Positions 37,254 to 46,558 of a stretch of DNA of 64,000 nucleotides are shown here, one piece after another. The position numbers and the translations under genes were made by a program. The DNA is from Escherichia coli (GTDB lineage Bacteria > Pseudomonadota > Gammaproteobacteria > Enterobacterales > Enterobacteriaceae). The stretch is taken from NCBI RefSeq assembly GCF_044324785.1, contig NZ_CP172127.1; one strand, written 5' to 3'. Under the pieces are notes generated by a model. It saw nothing but the letters and a program-made list of their open reading frames with translations. It was not told the origin of the DNA and ran no database searches. Within the stretch, counting starts at the first letter, position 1. Each line of letters opens with the position of its first letter.

Positions 37254-37600
37254 TTTAATGATTTCATGAATATAAATAAATTCCGAAAAATAACCTTACC
37301 CATTGCAATTAATATATTCCCTAAGCTACAACCATAATTAATATTATATACCCCGCTAACACCTTCTACCTCACATACAATATTTCTTCCGCTTTGTACA
37401 TTAAGCTTTACTTAAAGATGAATTAAGTGGATATATAAATTTAAATATGCACAATATCCCACTTGGTGATGAACAGATGTTACATTCAGTAAATCTTCAC
37501 ATTCATCATTAACAAACCAATCTATTTTTCTCTATCGGGGTTCTTTGTCTGAAAGTACCCGATCGTAGTTAAACTCATGGAATATGATTCAAGGATTATT
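37254..37600 (+). promoter_or_regulatory. AT-rich upstream regulatory region of the fimbrial operon
   Basis: About 350 bp of strongly AT-rich sequence with direct repeats (ataaataaat and ttcatgaat each occur twice, 37221-37282), typical of H-NS-silenced chaperone-usher promoters; no specific promoter elements assigned. Confidence 0.4.
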
Positions 37601-38173
37601 ATGTCTAAAAAATTAGGTTTTGCCCTGTCTGGTCTAATGCTGGCAATGGTTGCAGGTACTGCTTCTGCTGATATGGACGGTGGTCAGATTAACATCAGTG
37701 GCTTGGTTAGCGATAACACCTGTGAAACAAAAGTTGATGGCGGCAAGCAAGATGGCCTGGTTCTTCTGCAAACTGCAACGGTTGCTGAAATTACCGCTGG
37801 TGTATCTGAAACTGCTGTCGGCGCCAAAGCGAAACCGTTTAGCATTACTGTAGACTGCAGCAAAGCGACTCCGGGAGGCCAACCGACTCTGACATTCGGT
37901 TCAGTCTTCTTTGGTAACAGTCGTGGCACTTTGAATAACGATATGTCCATCACCACCCCGTCATCTGGTGTGAATATCGCCCTGCACAACATTGACGGCA
38001 CCACGGTTAAACAAGTCAAAATTAATAATGCATCTGATGCTTACACTAAAGCATTAACCAATAATGTTGCAGTCTTTGACTTCAAAGCCTCCTATGTTCG
38101 TGAAGACAACTCAACACCAGCAACGGCTGGTTATGTAAGAACCAACACAGCTTACACCATCACCTACAATTAA
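37601..38173 (+). CDS. yadN: fimbrial major subunit (YadN-type pilin)
   Basis: ORF track 198 aa; start at ATG 37601 ([23 protein letters not shown], signal peptide) preceded by AAGGA; C-terminal beta-strand motif TAYTITYN. Confidence 0.85.
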   Translation: MSKKLGFALSGLMLAMVAGTASADMDGGQINISGLVSDNTCETKVDGGKQDGLVLLQTATVAEITAGVSETAVGAKAKPFSITVDCSKATPGGQPTLTFGSVFFGNSRGTLNNDMSITTPSSGVNIALHNIDGTTVKQVKINNASDAYTKALTNNVAVFDFKASYVREDNSTPATAGYVRTNTAYTITYN

Positions 38174-38265
38174 GTTATTCGTTGGTGATTTAAATTACTA
38201 CAAGGGTGCGACACCTATTGTCGCCCCCTTGTCTTGAAAACAATTCATGTCATGGATGGTATATT

Positions 38266-38997
38266 TTGTTAAATAAAAAGAATATTGTCGCATTATGTGT
38301 TGTCAGTAGTATGGCATTTAGTATGCCTGTTATGGCCGATATTGTTATTTCCGGTACACGCGTCATTTATAAAAGTGATCAAAAAAGCGTTAGCGTACGC
38401 CTGGAGAATAAAGGCAATAGCCACCTGTTAGTACAAAGCTGGCTGGATACCGGTGACGATAACGCTGAGCCAGGAAGCATTAATGTACCATTTACGGCAA
38501 CACCTCCCGTTTCACGTATTGATGCTAAACGCGGTCAAACCATCAAATTGATGTATACCGGCAGTACCGTACTCCCCAGCGATAAAGAAAGCGTATTCTG
38601 GTTTAACGTGCTGGAAGTGCCCCCAAAACCAGATGCTACAAAAGTGGAGAATCAGAGCCTGTTACAACTGGCTTTCCGTACCCGTATCAAGCTGTTCTAT
38701 CGTCCGGCAGGATTAAACGGTAACCCGTCTGAAGCACCATTAGCCCTGAAATGGAAATGGGCTGAAGGGAAGTCTGGCCTGAGTGTATATAACCCAACAC
38801 CTTATTACGTCTCTTTCAACAGCGCAGAGTTAATCGCTGGCGGTAAGTCGAACCCGCTCAACGTAAAAATGATTGCACCGAAAAGCGAAGAGATTTTCAC
38901 CATAAGCGGTTCAGGCGGGAAAGCAACGTCAGGAAAGGTACATTTCTCAGCGATCAATGATTTTGGCGGCGCAATTGAAGGCGATGTCAATTTGTAA
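38266..38997 (+). CDS. yadV: periplasmic fimbrial chaperone (PapD-like, EcpD/YadV-type)
   Basis: ORF track starts at GTG 38206; a TTG at 38266 gives LLNKKNIVALCVVSSMAFSMPVMA signal followed by DIVISGTRVIYKSDQKSVSVRLENKG (PapD-like pilus chaperone N-domain); exact start uncertain. Confidence 0.8.
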   Translation: MLNKKNIVALCVVSSMAFSMPVMADIVISGTRVIYKSDQKSVSVRLENKGNSHLLVQSWLDTGDDNAEPGSINVPFTATPPVSRIDAKRGQTIKLMYTGSTVLPSDKESVFWFNVLEVPPKPDATKVENQSLLQLAFRTRIKLFYRPAGLNGNPSEAPLALKWKWAEGKSGLSVYNPTPYYVSFNSAELIAGGKSNPLNVKMIAPKSEEIFTISGSGGKATSGKVHFSAINDFGGAIEGDVNL

Positions 38998-39031
38998 GAC
39001 CAGGGACCTTATGCAGCAGGAAGCCAATGTA

Positions 39032-41632
39032 ATGAAAACAACGACATCGACTAAACGCCATAATCTTACGCGTATCGCAATGTATTGCTCAATTATGTAT
39101 AGCGGCGCTACCATCGGAGCCGAAAGCGTTGAGTATGACCCTACCTTTTTAATGGGTGGCAACGCTTCCAGTATTGATGTTAGCCGCTATAGCGATGGCA
39201 ACCCGACTTTGCCTGGTGTTTACGATGTTAGCATCTATGTTAACGAGCAACCTGTTGCTAACCTGGAGATCCCCTTTATCGCGATCCCCGAAAAAAAGAA
39301 TGCTCAAGCCTGTATTACCCTGAAAAATCTACTACAACTTCATATCAAGCCCCCCCCGGCAGACGAGGAAAATACTATCCTTCTTCCACGGGATGAAACG
39401 CTTGGCAACTGTCTTGACCTGTCGTTAGCCATACCTAAATCCTCAGTGAGCTATGACCCCTCTGAACAACGTCTGGATATCAATGTTCCCCAGGCGTGGG
39501 TGATGAAGAATTATCAAAACTATGTGGACCCATCACTTTGGGAAAATGGCATTAACGCGGCTACGCTGTCTTATAACATCAACGCTTATCGCAGTGAAAA
39601 TTCAAATTATACAAATGATAGCGTTTATACATCGTTCAATGGTGGCGTCAATTTAGGTGCCTGGCGTCTGCGTAGCAGCGGTAACTATAGCTGGAGAAAC
39701 GACGCGGGAAGCAATGTTGAGTTTATGAATCGCTACGTCCAGCGCGACATTACCGCTATTCGCTCGCAGCTCATTATGGGGGAATCCTACACCACAGGTG
39801 AAACGTTCGATTCCGTTAGTATCCGCGGCATTCGCTTATACAGCGATAGCCGAATGCTGCCGCCAGTATTGGCAAACTTCGCCCCAACAATTCGTGGTGT
39901 AGCGAATACCAACGCCAAAGTCAGCATTACCCAGGGTGGATACAAAATTTATGAAACCACTGTTCCACCGGGACCTTTTGTCATTGATGATCTCAGTCCG
40001 TCAGGGTATGGCAGCGATCTTATCGTAACCATTGAAGAAGCTGATGGCAGCAAGCGTACATTTTCTCAGCCATTTTCTTCAGTAATTCAAATGCTGCGCC
40101 CGGGTGTTTCTCGCTGGGATATCAGCGGCGGGCAAATTAATAAAGACGACTTGCATCATGAACCAAACTTACTACAAGCGACCTATTACCGTGGTTTAAG
40201 TAACCTGTTCACTGGCTATACTGGTTTTCAGGTCACAGATAATCATTATGCTGCAGGCTTACTTGGCATTGGGATGAATACTTCTGTCGGCGCAATTTCC
40301 TTCGATGTCACCCACTCCAGTGTCGATATACCGGATGATAAAAGGTACCAGGGGCAAAGCTATCGCATCTCCTGGAACAAATTTTTTGACCTGACAGATA
40401 CATCATTAAACATCGCGGCTTACCGCTACTCCACGCAGGACTATCTGGGCCTGAATGATGCATTAACACTTATTGATGAAGTTGAACATCCCACTCAGGA
40501 TCTTGATCCCAAAACTATGCGCAACTACGGGCGCATGAAAAACCAGTTCACCGTAAGCATTAACCAACCGCTACGCTTTGGGAAGGATGATTATGGCTCG
40601 TTCTATACCTCTGGAAGCTGGTCTGATTACTGGGGGGGCGGTAAGAGCCGTAGCAACTATTCGGTCGGCTACAGTAACAGCGCTTCATGGGGAAGCTACA
40701 GTATCAGCGCTCAACGATCCTGGGATGAGTACAGCCAAACAGAAAACAGTATTTACCTCAGCTTTTCGATACCTATCGAAAAACTGATGGGTACGGAGCA
40801 CCGTGATTCCGGTTTCCAAAGTATTGATACACAACTTAGTACCAATATGGATGGTAATAATCAGTTCAACATGAGCAGTAGCGGTTATAGCAACGATAAT
40901 CGCGTGAGCTATAGCGTGAACGCGGGTTATGGGATGAATAAAACCGGCAAAGATCTCAGCAACATCGGGGGTTATGCCAGCTATGAATCGCCATGGGGAA
41001 CGCTAGCTGGGTCAGTCTCTGCTACCAGCGATAATAACCGCCAGTACTCCGTTAATACAGATGGTGGATTTGTGTTGCACAGCGGAGGACTTACGTTCAG
41101 CAACGACAGTTTCAGTGATAATGACACCATTGCTCTGGTTAAAGCACCGGGTGCAAAAGGGGCGCGTATTAACTACGGCAACAATACCGTTGACCGTTGG
41201 GGATATGGCGTAACCAGTGCTCTTTCACCATACCAGGAAAACAAAATTGCTCTGGACACTGAAAACCTGGAAAACGACATCGAAATGAAGAGCACCAGTA
41301 CAGTTGCCGTACCACGCCAGGGCTCGGTTATCTTTGCTGGTTTTGAAACCAATCAGGGACAATCTGCGATTATGAATATCAAACGCAGTGACGGAAAAGG
41401 TATCCCCTTCGCCGCCGATATTCATGATGAAACAAATGCAATCATTGGCAACGTTGGGCAGGGCGGGCAGGCATTTGTTCGCGGTATTCAGCAGCAGGGC
41501 ACGATAAAAATCACCTGGCTGGAAGCCAGCATGCCCAAAACCTGTATTGCGCAGTACCAGCAACCCAATGTGACATCGGAGAAAATCCAGCAAACGATTA
41601 TTCTCAATAATATTCTTTGCCAGCTCCAATAA
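39032..41632 (+). CDS. htrE: outer-membrane fimbrial usher (HtrE/YadU-type)
   Basis: ORF track 891 aa from 38957; start at ATG 39032 (MKTTTSTKRHNLTRIAMYCSIMYSGATIGAESVEYDPTFLMG) follows the chaperone stop and has AGGAAG upstream; 866 aa. Confidence 0.88.
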   Translation: MKTTTSTKRHNLTRIAMYCSIMYSGATIGAESVEYDPTFLMGGNASSIDVSRYSDGNPTLPGVYDVSIYVNEQPVANLEIPFIAIPEKKNAQACITLKNLLQLHIKPPPADEENTILLPRDETLGNCLDLSLAIPKSSVSYDPSEQRLDINVPQAWVMKNYQNYVDPSLWENGINAATLSYNINAYRSENSNYTNDSVYTSFNGGVNLGAWRLRSSGNYSWRNDAGSNVEFMNRYVQRDITAIRSQLIMGESYTTGETFDSVSIRGIRLYSDSRMLPPVLANFAPTIRGVANTNAKVSITQGGYKIYETTVPPGPFVIDDLSPSGYGSDLIVTIEEADGSKRTFSQPFSSVIQMLRPGVSRWDISGGQINKDDLHHEPNLLQATYYRGLSNLFTGYTGFQVTDNHYAAGLLGIGMNTSVGAISFDVTHSSVDIPDDKRYQGQSYRISWNKFFDLTDTSLNIAAYRYSTQDYLGLNDALTLIDEVEHPTQDLDPKTMRNYGRMKNQFTVSINQPLRFGKDDYGSFYTSGSWSDYWGGGKSRSNYSVGYSNSASWGSYSISAQRSWDEYSQTENSIYLSFSIPIEKLMGTEHRDSGFQSIDTQLSTNMDGNNQFNMSSSGYSNDNRVSYSVNAGYGMNKTGKDLSNIGGYASYESPWGTLAGSVSATSDNNRQYSVNTDGGFVLHSGGLTFSNDSFSDNDTIALVKAPGAKGARINYGNNTVDRWGYGVTSALSPYQENKIALDTENLENDIEMKSTSTVAVPRQGSVIFAGFETNQGQSAIMNIKRSDGKGIPFAADIHDETNAIIGNVGQGGQAFVRGIQQQGTIKITWLEASMPKTCIAQYQQPNVTSEKIQQTIILNNILCQLQ

Positions 41633-41644
41633 TACGAAAGAGAG

Positions 41645-42211
41645 ATGACAATGATAAAAAACTCACGGTATAAAATAGTACTCCTGACAGGCATTTTTTT
41701 ACTGCCCGGCGCACTGGCACAAGATATTAATGTTGATTTTGTTGCCACAATCAAAGGCACGACATGTAATATCACTCTGGAAGGGACACGCGTCACCGCT
41801 GATGGAAATAATCAGTACACGCTACGGATATTAAATGTTGCTCTGGATAAAATCATAAACAAGATGCCAGAAGCACAAGCCGACTTTAAACTGGTCGCTA
41901 ATTGTGATGGTAACATAGGCAAGATTACGACATCGCTGGCAGGGAATCCTTCAGGAGAGTTACCCTATTTAATTTCTCCATTAACTTCAGATAATTCATC
42001 CACCACAGAATATATTGCTATGGGGATTAAACTTCGAAATACCTCTGACACTGAATTTATTCCCCCAGATGGTTCTAAAAAGATTTCCTGGGGAGAGGGA
42101 TTAACAAAACCGGAACTTGAGATGACGGTAGCACTTCGCGAAACCCGACCAGGTTCAGGAAGAGCAGGTAGTTTTAAAGCACTTGCGACATTCAATTTCA
42201 CCTATGAATAA
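41645..42211 (+). CDS. fimbrial minor subunit (YadM-like)
   Basis: 188-aa ORF MTMIKNSRYKIVLLTGIFLLPGALAQD...; signal peptide and pilin C-terminus ATFNFTYE; the start may instead be ATG 41651. Confidence 0.8.
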   Translation: MTMIKNSRYKIVLLTGIFLLPGALAQDINVDFVATIKGTTCNITLEGTRVTADGNNQYTLRILNVALDKIINKMPEAQADFKLVANCDGNIGKITTSLAGNPSGELPYLISPLTSDNSSTTEYIAMGIKLRNTSDTEFIPPDGSKKISWGEGLTKPELEMTVALRETRPGSGRAGSFKALATFNFTYE

Positions 42212-42224
42212 AAGGATAATAATA

Positions 42225-42824
42225 ATGCAGATGAAATCATTACATTATGGGATATTTGCAAGCATTACTCTGAGCTTATTATTATTCAGCACGTTTTCTA
42301 TAGCCATCACTGATAACATTGGCCTAAACGTTATGACCATTGTTGAAAACAGAACTTGTCAAAGCGAAATCAACAACCAGGGGTTGGTTAATCTTGGCAC
42401 TGTTGGAGTGGGATATTTTGCCAGTAATGTTAGTGCGGAAGATAATTATCCAGGCGGAAAAACCTTTACTGTGACAGTAAAAGATTGCCCCTCCGCTGGC
42501 ACAACATCAAGTCAGTTGCATATAGAATTTAAACCTGTCAGTGGTGTAATGGCCACTGGTAGCCAACAGATATTCGCCAATAATCATGTCGGCGGCGCAC
42601 AAAATGTAGGAATCGTTATTTTTAGCCAAAATAATCAGTCATCGGATACAGTGAATGTGCTGTCACCAACAGGGCAGTTTCGCACGGTCTGGCCTGTTGT
42701 CTCTGCGAATATGAATAATTCATCGTGGCAATTTTATACACGAATGCAGAAAATAGATCCGTTACTCCCGGTTGGTGCAGGATTTGTTACCAGTAACGTA
42801 TTAGTTGATATTTATTATCAATAA
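42225..42824 (+). CDS. fimbrial minor subunit (YadL/YadK-like)
   Basis: ORF track from 42183; start at ATG 42225 (MQMKSLHYGIFASITLSLLLFSTFSIA) preceded by AAAGGA; 199 aa. Confidence 0.78.
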   Translation: MQMKSLHYGIFASITLSLLLFSTFSIAITDNIGLNVMTIVENRTCQSEINNQGLVNLGTVGVGYFASNVSAEDNYPGGKTFTVTVKDCPSAGTTSSQLHIEFKPVSGVMATGSQQIFANNHVGGAQNVGIVIFSQNNQSSDTVNVLSPTGQFRTVWPVVSANMNNSSWQFYTRMQKIDPLLPVGAGFVTSNVLVDIYYQ

Positions 42825-42877
42825 TTATGCTAAGCATAATGCTTCTACAAATATTATTTTTTCAAAGGAGTGATAAG

Positions 42878-44128
42878 ATGAAGTCAGCGTTCCGATACTT
42901 TATTTTTTTATGGATTATCACAGCCAGCATTAATAATGTAAATGCTGGAAGTCTTACTTTTATGGTCGGTAACGATGCTGGCATAGGAAACACGCACGGC
43001 CCAACAGGCGATAAACTAATATCATTTGCCTATCCGGTTGGTGGAGTAAACAATATTGTATTTTATGATCCAACATCAGACACACCGACCGATGCAAAAA
43101 TAAAATTATATTGGAGTGAACTGGACACATCAAGTAGCGGTGGGACTGTATATTGTACTTCAAAAGATAATTCCAGCGGTGTGCCAATTACTGTCCGGCA
43201 TCAGATGGTTTACTCAGGAAAAATGGCAGATGGGCACAAATTATATGAAACCAATGTTACCGGTCTATATTATACGTTAATGCTCAATAAATTCTGGTCG
43301 TATGAACTTCTCTCAAGCTCTCCAGATATGTACGTTGGAGACGACGGCTGGCACACTGTACAATTTTATATTACGGGTAATTATATGCGAGGTCAATGTA
43401 ATACTAAAAATATACAAGCCGTCGGGGGCCTTGCTCACGATGCTACAGTGAAATTCTATACCGACAGAACTTTTAACCCTGCTCCAAATACTAACGTGCA
43501 ATTAAAACACACTGGTGATTATTTGTATTCATTCGAAAATGAAGGACCAGGGAATCCAAATGTAAAGTATTCTAAGAAACTATTCGTAGATTTTAAATTA
43601 ACAGACATCAAAATCCAACTGCCAACATGCTTTACGTCTATCCTTTTGGGTGAGAGCGTAACGCGATCAACCGTAAATCTCGGGGAATATACTGTTGGAC
43701 AGATCACCTCAGATTCTGCAACACCTGTTAATTTTCAGATTTCGCTACAAAATTGTGTTCGAATAAGTAGTATTAAAACAAAACTAAAATCTAATGTAGT
43801 AGGAGTGAATAATCCTCTGTTGCTTGGTAATACTTTGACAGGAACCGATGATGCAAAAGGTGCCGGAGTACTTATTGAAGGGTTACCCAATAGCAAAAAT
43901 TCACAAAATTTCACGCTTAAGCCAAATGATGAGACGTCAAGCTATAACGATGCTGAAGATGATCCTGGAGAAAACAATGGAATTTATAACCCAGATTATC
44001 CTAATGCCAACGGTCGTACTACAACCCAGGACCTGAAATTTCAGGCAACATTAAAACGCGATGGTAATGCAACTGTGAAACCCGGCGGATTTAAGGCTAC
44101 CAGTACATTCCAGGTCACCTACGAGTAA
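42878..44128 (+). CDS. yadC: fimbrial tip adhesin-like subunit (YadC-like)
   Basis: ORF track 433 aa from 42827; start at ATG 42878 (MKSAFRYFIFLWIITASINNVNA) preceded by AAGGAG; 416 aa with pilin-like C-terminus STFQVTYE. Confidence 0.8.
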   Translation: MKSAFRYFIFLWIITASINNVNAGSLTFMVGNDAGIGNTHGPTGDKLISFAYPVGGVNNIVFYDPTSDTPTDAKIKLYWSELDTSSSGGTVYCTSKDNSSGVPITVRHQMVYSGKMADGHKLYETNVTGLYYTLMLNKFWSYELLSSSPDMYVGDDGWHTVQFYITGNYMRGQCNTKNIQAVGGLAHDATVKFYTDRTFNPAPNTNVQLKHTGDYLYSFENEGPGNPNVKYSKKLFVDFKLTDIKIQLPTCFTSILLGESVTRSTVNLGEYTVGQITSDSATPVNFQISLQNCVRISSIKTKLKSNVVGVNNPLLLGNTLTGTDDAKGAGVLIEGLPNSKNSQNFTLKPNDETSSYNDAEDDPGENNGIYNPDYPNANGRTTTQDLKFQATLKRDGNATVKPGGFKATSTFQVTYE

Positions 44129-44140
44129 CAGGTTTAACCG

Positions 44141-44170
44141 CACCGCCATCATCTGGCGGTGCTGTAATTG
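44141..44170 (+). terminator. Hairpin terminator after the fimbrial operon
   Basis: caccgcc (44141-44147) / ggcggtg (44155-44161), then ctgtaattgat. Confidence 0.4.
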
Positions 44171-44241
44171 ATAAATCATTGCCCCCACCAATGTGACTGA
44201 TAAAATGCCAGACAGCACGACATTACTTATCAGGATACGTT

Positions 44242-45036
44242 ATGAAACCAACCACTATTGCTTCATTGCAGAAATGCAAGCAGGACAAAAAACGTTTCGC
44301 GACAATAACCGCTTACGACTATAGCTTCGCAAAACTGTTTGCCGATGAAGGGCTTAACGTGATGCTGGTCGGCGATTCACTGGGCATGACGGTTCAGGGG
44401 CATGACTCCACGCTACCGGTTACCGTTGCTGATATCGCCTACCACACTGCCGCCGTACGTCGCGGTGCGCCAAACTGCCTGCTGCTGGCTGACCTGCCGT
44501 TTATGGCGTATGCCACACCAGAACAAGCCTTTGAAAACGCCGCAACGGTTATGCGTGCCGGGGCCAACATGGTCAAAATTGAAGGCGGTGAGTGGCTGGT
44601 AGAAACCGTACAAATGCTGACCGAACGTGCCGTTCCTGTTTGTGGTCACTTAGGTTTAACCCCACAGTCAGTGAATATTTTCGGCGGCTACAAAGTCCAG
44701 GGGCGCGGCGATGAAGCGGGCGATCAACTGCTCAGCGATGCATTAGCATTAGAAGCGGCAGGCGCACAACTTCTGGTGCTGGAATGCGTACCGGTTGAAC
44801 TGGCAAAACGTATTACCGAAGCGCTGGCGATCCCGGTTATCGGTATTGGCGCAGGCAACGTTACCGATGGACAGATCCTCGTGATGCACGATGCGTTCGG
44901 CATTACTGGCGGTCATATCCCTAAATTTGCCAAAAATTTCCTCGCTGAAACGGGCGACATCCGCGCGGCTGTGCGGCAGTATATGGCTGAAGTGGAGTCC
45001 GGCGTTTATCCGGGCGAAGAACACAGTTTCCATTAA
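44242..45036 (+). CDS. panB: 3-methyl-2-oxobutanoate hydroxymethyltransferase
   Basis: 264-aa [63 protein letters not shown]... Confidence 0.97.
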   Translation: MKPTTIASLQKCKQDKKRFATITAYDYSFAKLFADEGLNVMLVGDSLGMTVQGHDSTLPVTVADIAYHTAAVRRGAPNCLLLADLPFMAYATPEQAFENAATVMRAGANMVKIEGGEWLVETVQMLTERAVPVCGHLGLTPQSVNIFGGYKVQGRGDEAGDQLLSDALALEAAGAQLLVLECVPVELAKRITEALAIPVIGIGAGNVTDGQILVMHDAFGITGGHIPKFAKNFLAETGDIRAAVRQYMAEVESGVYPGEEHSFH

Positions 45037-45047
45037 GGAGTCACGTT

Positions 45048-45899
45048 GTGTTAATTATCGAAACCCTGCCGCTGCTGCGTCAGCAAATTCGCCGCCTGCG
45101 TATGGAAGGTAAGCGCGTGGCGCTGGTGCCAACCATGGGTAATCTGCACGATGGCCATATGAAGCTGGTTGACGAAGCCAAAGCCCGCGCCGATGTGGTC
45201 GTCGTCAGTATTTTCGTTAACCCAATGCAGTTTGACCGCCCGGAAGATCTGGCACGTTATCCACGGACCTTGCAGGAAGACTGCGAGAAGCTAAACAAAC
45301 GTAAAGTGGATTTGATTTTCGCGCCTTCGGTAAAAGAGATCTATCCGAACGGTACTGAAACCCACACCTATGTTGATGTTCCCGGTCTTTCTACCATGCT
45401 GGAAGGTGCCAGCCGTCCGGGACATTTTCGCGGCGTTTCGACTATCGTCAGCAAGCTGTTCAATCTGGTCCAGCCGGACATCGCCTGCTTCGGTGAAAAA
45501 GATTTTCAGCAACTGGCGCTAATCCGCAAAATGGTTGCTGATATGGGCTTTGATATTGAGATTGTCGGTGTGCCAATTATGCGCGCCAAAGATGGTCTGG
45601 CGCTGAGTTCCCGTAACGGTTATCTGACGGCGGAACAACGCAAAATTGCGCCTGGTCTGTACAAGGTTTTAAGTTCGATTGCCGACAAATTGCAGGCTGG
45701 CGAACGGGATCTTGATGAAATTATTACTATTGCCGGGCAAGAACTGAATGAAAAAGGCTTCCGCGCCGATGATATTCAGATTCGTGATGCCGACACATTG
45801 CTGGAAGTCTCTGAAAACAGCAAACGTGCCGTGATTCTGGTAGCCGCCTGGCTTGGCGATGCCCGCCTGATCGACAACAAAATGGTCGAACTGGCGTAG
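45048..45899 (+). CDS. panC: pantoate--beta-alanine ligase
   Basis: 283-aa ORF (GTG start, AAGGAG upstream) [41 protein letters not shown]... Confidence 0.97.
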   Translation: MLIIETLPLLRQQIRRLRMEGKRVALVPTMGNLHDGHMKLVDEAKARADVVVVSIFVNPMQFDRPEDLARYPRTLQEDCEKLNKRKVDLIFAPSVKEIYPNGTETHTYVDVPGLSTMLEGASRPGHFRGVSTIVSKLFNLVQPDIACFGEKDFQQLALIRKMVADMGFDIEIVGVPIMRAKDGLALSSRNGYLTAEQRKIAPGLYKVLSSIADKLQAGERDLDEIITIAGQELNEKGFRADDIQIRDADTLLEVSENSKRAVILVAAWLGDARLIDNKMVELA

Positions 45900-45980
45900 T
45901 ACTTAACTGGCGCTACGGCTGATGGCGCCAGTTATTCATTGCCACGTCATCTGTAAGCAATTATTCATATCGTAGACAAC

Positions 45981-46250
45981 TTAGTTAGAGTTAATTAGCT
46001 TATCAATCTCTGCAAGAGATAAAGCTGTCACCTCTGCAACGTCTTCCCGAGACATCCCTTTATTCAGAAAACGTTGGGCGAATTCCTGTCTTACTTCCTG
46101 TCTTACTTCCTGTCTTACTTCCTGTCTTACTTCCTGTCTTACTTCCTGTCTTACTTCTTGATACGCTTCTTGATACGCCTTCTGAAATCCCTTCTCTTCA
46201 AACCACTGCGCTAACGTCTGCCTGGTTTCTCTCCGTGTCTTTATTTCCAT
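45981..46250 (-). CDS. standalone small protein homologous to the C-terminal tail of RpnC (RpnS / YpaA-like), with an (EVRQ)6 repeat
   Basis: 89-aa ORF MEIKTRRETRQTLAQWFEEKGFQKAYQEAYQEVRQEVRQEVRQEVRQEVRQEVRQEFAQRFLNKGMSREDVAEVTALSLAEIDKLINSN; AAGGGA 4 nt upstream of the ATG; nucleotide segment about 85% identical to the rpnC 3' end. Confidence 0.7.
   Translation of the reverse strand: MEIKTRRETRQTLAQWFEEKGFQKAYQEAYQEVRQEVRQEVRQEVRQEVRQEVRQEFAQRFLNKGMSREDVAEVTALSLAEIDKLINSN
46085..46180 (-). repeat. In-frame 12-bp tandem repeat array inside the small Rpn-tail gene
   Basis: 6 perfect copies of cctgtcttactt (46085-46156) plus 2 copies of cttgatacgcyt (46157-46180); encodes (EVRQ)6 and (EAYQ)2 on the minus strand. 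Confidence 0.95.
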
Positions 46251-46318
46251 ATGTTCCCTTAATTATCTGGTCAGTTAACAATAACAATTATCTGGCTATA
46301 ACTGATAATACAGACAAC

Positions 46319-46558
46319 TTAGTTAATCAGTTTATCAATCTCAGCAAGAGGTAAATTTGCCATCTCTGCAACGTCTTCCCGAGACATTCCTTTACTCAGA
46401 AGACGCTGGGCGAATTCCTGACTTACTTCCTGTGTTACTTCCTGTATTACCTCTTGTCTTACCTCTTGTCTTACCTCCTGTCTTCCTTCCTGTCTTCCTT
46501 CCTGTCTTCCTTCCTGTCTTCCCCTCTCTTCAAACCACTGCGCCAGCGTCATCATAGA
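46319..46558 (-). CDS. putative intragenic small ORF in frame with the rpnC C-terminus (RpnS-type candidate antitoxin)
   Basis: In-frame ATG-ATG at 46553-46558 (MMTLAQWFEERGRQEG...KLIN, 79 aa) preceded on the minus strand by acGGGAGGGGAGtct, a strong Shine-Dalgarno 3 nt upstream, inside the rpnC coding sequence. Confidence 0.45.
   Translation of the reverse strand, partial: SMMTLAQWFEERGRQEGRQEGRQEGRQEVRQEVRQEVIQEVTQEVSQEFAQRLLSKGMSREDVAEMANLPLAEIDKLIN

Noticed and set aside
37254-37600. Possible mobile element or IS remnant upstream of the fimbrial operon
   Set aside because: No transposase or integrase ORF, no terminal inverted repeats and no tRNA target; the AT-richness is better explained as a fimbrial regulatory region.
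46085-46524. Possible CRISPR array, given the short regular direct repeats
   Set aside because: Units are 12 bp, contiguous with no spacers, in frame within protein-coding sequence, and there are no cas genes; these are coding tandem repeats.
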